A stretch of DNA of 49,821 bases, counting the filler, from Catajapyx aquilonaris (lineage: Eukaryota), in assembly GCA_000934665.2 (NCBI GenBank). It is 3 parts of 3 records of this genome, joined end to end, with 100 filler letters (N's around TTAATTAATTAA, not from the genome) between each part and the next. Parts side by side here need not be neighbours in the genome. Positions count along the whole stretch, not along the records: positions 33,643 to 49,821 come from JYFJ02007265.1; 2 more parts are not named here. One strand, written 5' to 3'. A model generated the notes under the pieces. It saw only the letters and a program-made list of their open reading frames with translations. It had not been told where the DNA came from and did no database searches. The translations under genes were made by a program, and so were the position numbers. Below are positions 48,378 to 49,821 of the stretch, piece after piece; positions within the stretch are counted from its first letter, which is position 1; each line of letters opens with the position of its first letter.

Positions 48378-48523
48378 CCAATTTGTGATATGCCCTCTTC
48401 TAGGGCTGCATCTTCTGTCCACACTTCAATGCGAGCTCCCTTTCGCGATCCCTTGTAACTGAGGATGGCTCCAATCATTTGGATTCCGTTCCAACCAAAG
48501 CCTCCTCCAATTAGGTTCAGGAG
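48378..48523 (-). CDS. Isolated exon of a divergent eIF4E-family cap-binding protein
   Basis: LLNLIGGGFGWNGIQMIGAILSYKGSRKGARIEVWTEDAALEEGISQIG aligns by eye with eIF4E LLCLIGESFDDYSDDVCGAVVNVRAKGDKIAIWTTECENREAVTHIG. Strong ccttcctttccacag acceptor and gg|gtgagt donor. Confidence 0.65.
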
Positions 48524-49135
48524 CTGTGGAAAGGAAGGCAAATCAACCAGGTGACTGCATGTAGGGTCACATGAATTCTTTTGCAAGTTTTTAAAAATAT
48601 GTTTTGAAAAAGTGTATCCTCCCACCAGCCATTTTCTTTTGTAACCTTTATCTAGCCATACTGTCAATTTCATAAGAGCTATAGGTGACATGATAATTAT
48701 TGTAATTTTTAAGGTCAATGGCAACAAACTTGATGTTAATTGGATCTTATAACAATCAGGGTGTGGGGCAGAAGGTTGCATAGGACCAGGATACAATGTG
48801 CTGAAGCTCTCCTTGACATAAAATCCATCCTGTTCTTGTGATTACTTCACATGAAAGAGAATTCATATTAGAAAAATGGTGTGCTTGTGAAACCGCTTCT
48901 CACAAGGGAACAGTAAGTGTTGTCAATGAAGTTGCTGAATGAAACTTGGCACAATAATATAGGCAGGTAAGTTATTAAACAAAAAAAACTGTTTCTGCGT
49001 AGCGCTACTAGGTCAAAAGTTATGACCTCTCGATGGCAGCCCGGACAGCTTGCCTTACGAGCGAAGTTTCAGATATTGCACTCAAAAAAAGCAGACATTT
49101 TATTACAGCACTAGAAAAGGATAATCAATTACTTA

Positions 49136-49410
49136 CGGAGACGGAGTGACATTGTGGTAATGTATGCGCCCACGGATGTTAAGGCCACGGGTTCAATCCA
49201 AGCCTGGGGTTCCCCCCTTCATCTCGTGCAGAGTTGGGCCATCTCTGGCTTCGTCTCGGGTGGAATTTCCATAGACTAATCCACCCAAGGGAGCTCACAA
49301 AATGACATTAGCAACGACATTGCACTGCACTTTACACATCCCTTCCTGTCATCCTGCCCATGGGCCCGGGCGCTTCGAAAATGGTTCCAACGTGTACGTG
49401 TACACAATGT
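49136..49410 (+). mobile_element. tRNA-derived SINE, family A (diverged copy)
   Basis: Homologous to 2963-3300. Confidence 0.82.
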
Positions 49411-49411
49411 A

Positions 49412-49674
49412 CAATTGAAGGGGTCGGTGCAATACTGCCCTAACCCTCTCAAACCTGATTTTGAGAAAACTGCAGTTGAAAGTTTGAGAGGCCATATACA
49501 TCCCATGTATCATTTGACTTAAAAATTTCATTTGATTTCTCAGTGACCGATGGCAGAAACTTCACAATTTCAATGTATTTTATTAGCTACATGAGTGTGG
49601 TATATGGAAGTGTGCTTAACTCAATTTGTGTCATTTGGTGGGTTAGGGCGGTATTGCACCAGCCCCTTCAATTG
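49412..49674. mobile_element. MITE inserted at the SINE tail (TA TSD)
   Basis: TIR caattgaaggggtcggtgcaatactgccctaacc / ggttagggcggtattgcaccagccccttcaattg. Confidence 0.8.
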
Positions 49675-49699
49675 TACTATCACCTTACCGGTATCTAAT

Positions 49700-49821
49700 G
49701 GACCTTTATTGTTGTACTATGGGCGCCAAAAGAATTGACCGGAGTTGATGGGGATATAGCGCCATATACCCATCAACTCCGGTCAATTCTTTTGGCGCCC
49801 ATAGTACAACAATAAAGGTCC
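49700..49821. repeat. Perfect hairpin, 53-bp arms with 16-nt loop (may extend past the window)
   Basis: ggacctttattgttgtactatgggcgccaaaagaattgaccggagttgatggg and its reverse complement. Confidence 0.9.

Overview
This is eukaryotic, AT-rich, intron-containing invertebrate DNA, most likely arthropod, from a draft scaffold with two artificial 100-nt gap spacers (N44-TTAATTAATTAA-N44). It holds two convergent multi-exon genes whose 3' ends are lost at the first gap. One is a senataxin/Sen1-like SF1 helicase (+ strand, 6 exons, 2461-14234, 345 codons). The other is gamma-tubulin complex component 6 (- strand, 11 phase-consistent exons, 33298-18938, 1049 codons). An isolated exon near the right end (48523-48378, -) encodes a divergent eIF4E-like segment. 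The rest is dense with transposon debris: about 14 long foldback/palindromic elements (several built from two inverted 5' ends of Tc1/mariner elements), TIR MITEs (Tc1/mariner, Tigger/pogo, hAT), three tRNA-derived SINE families with clear target-site duplications, a LINE RT fragment, a Helitron helicase fragment and a nested insertion stack inside a senataxin intron. I found no CRISPR, prophage or other prokaryotic system. I cannot claim a wholly new biological system. The best leads are the divergent eIF4E, the foldback-element population, the palindromic 14-mer array, the Tigger4-like and V-SINE-like repeats and a uORF overlapping the GCP6 start.
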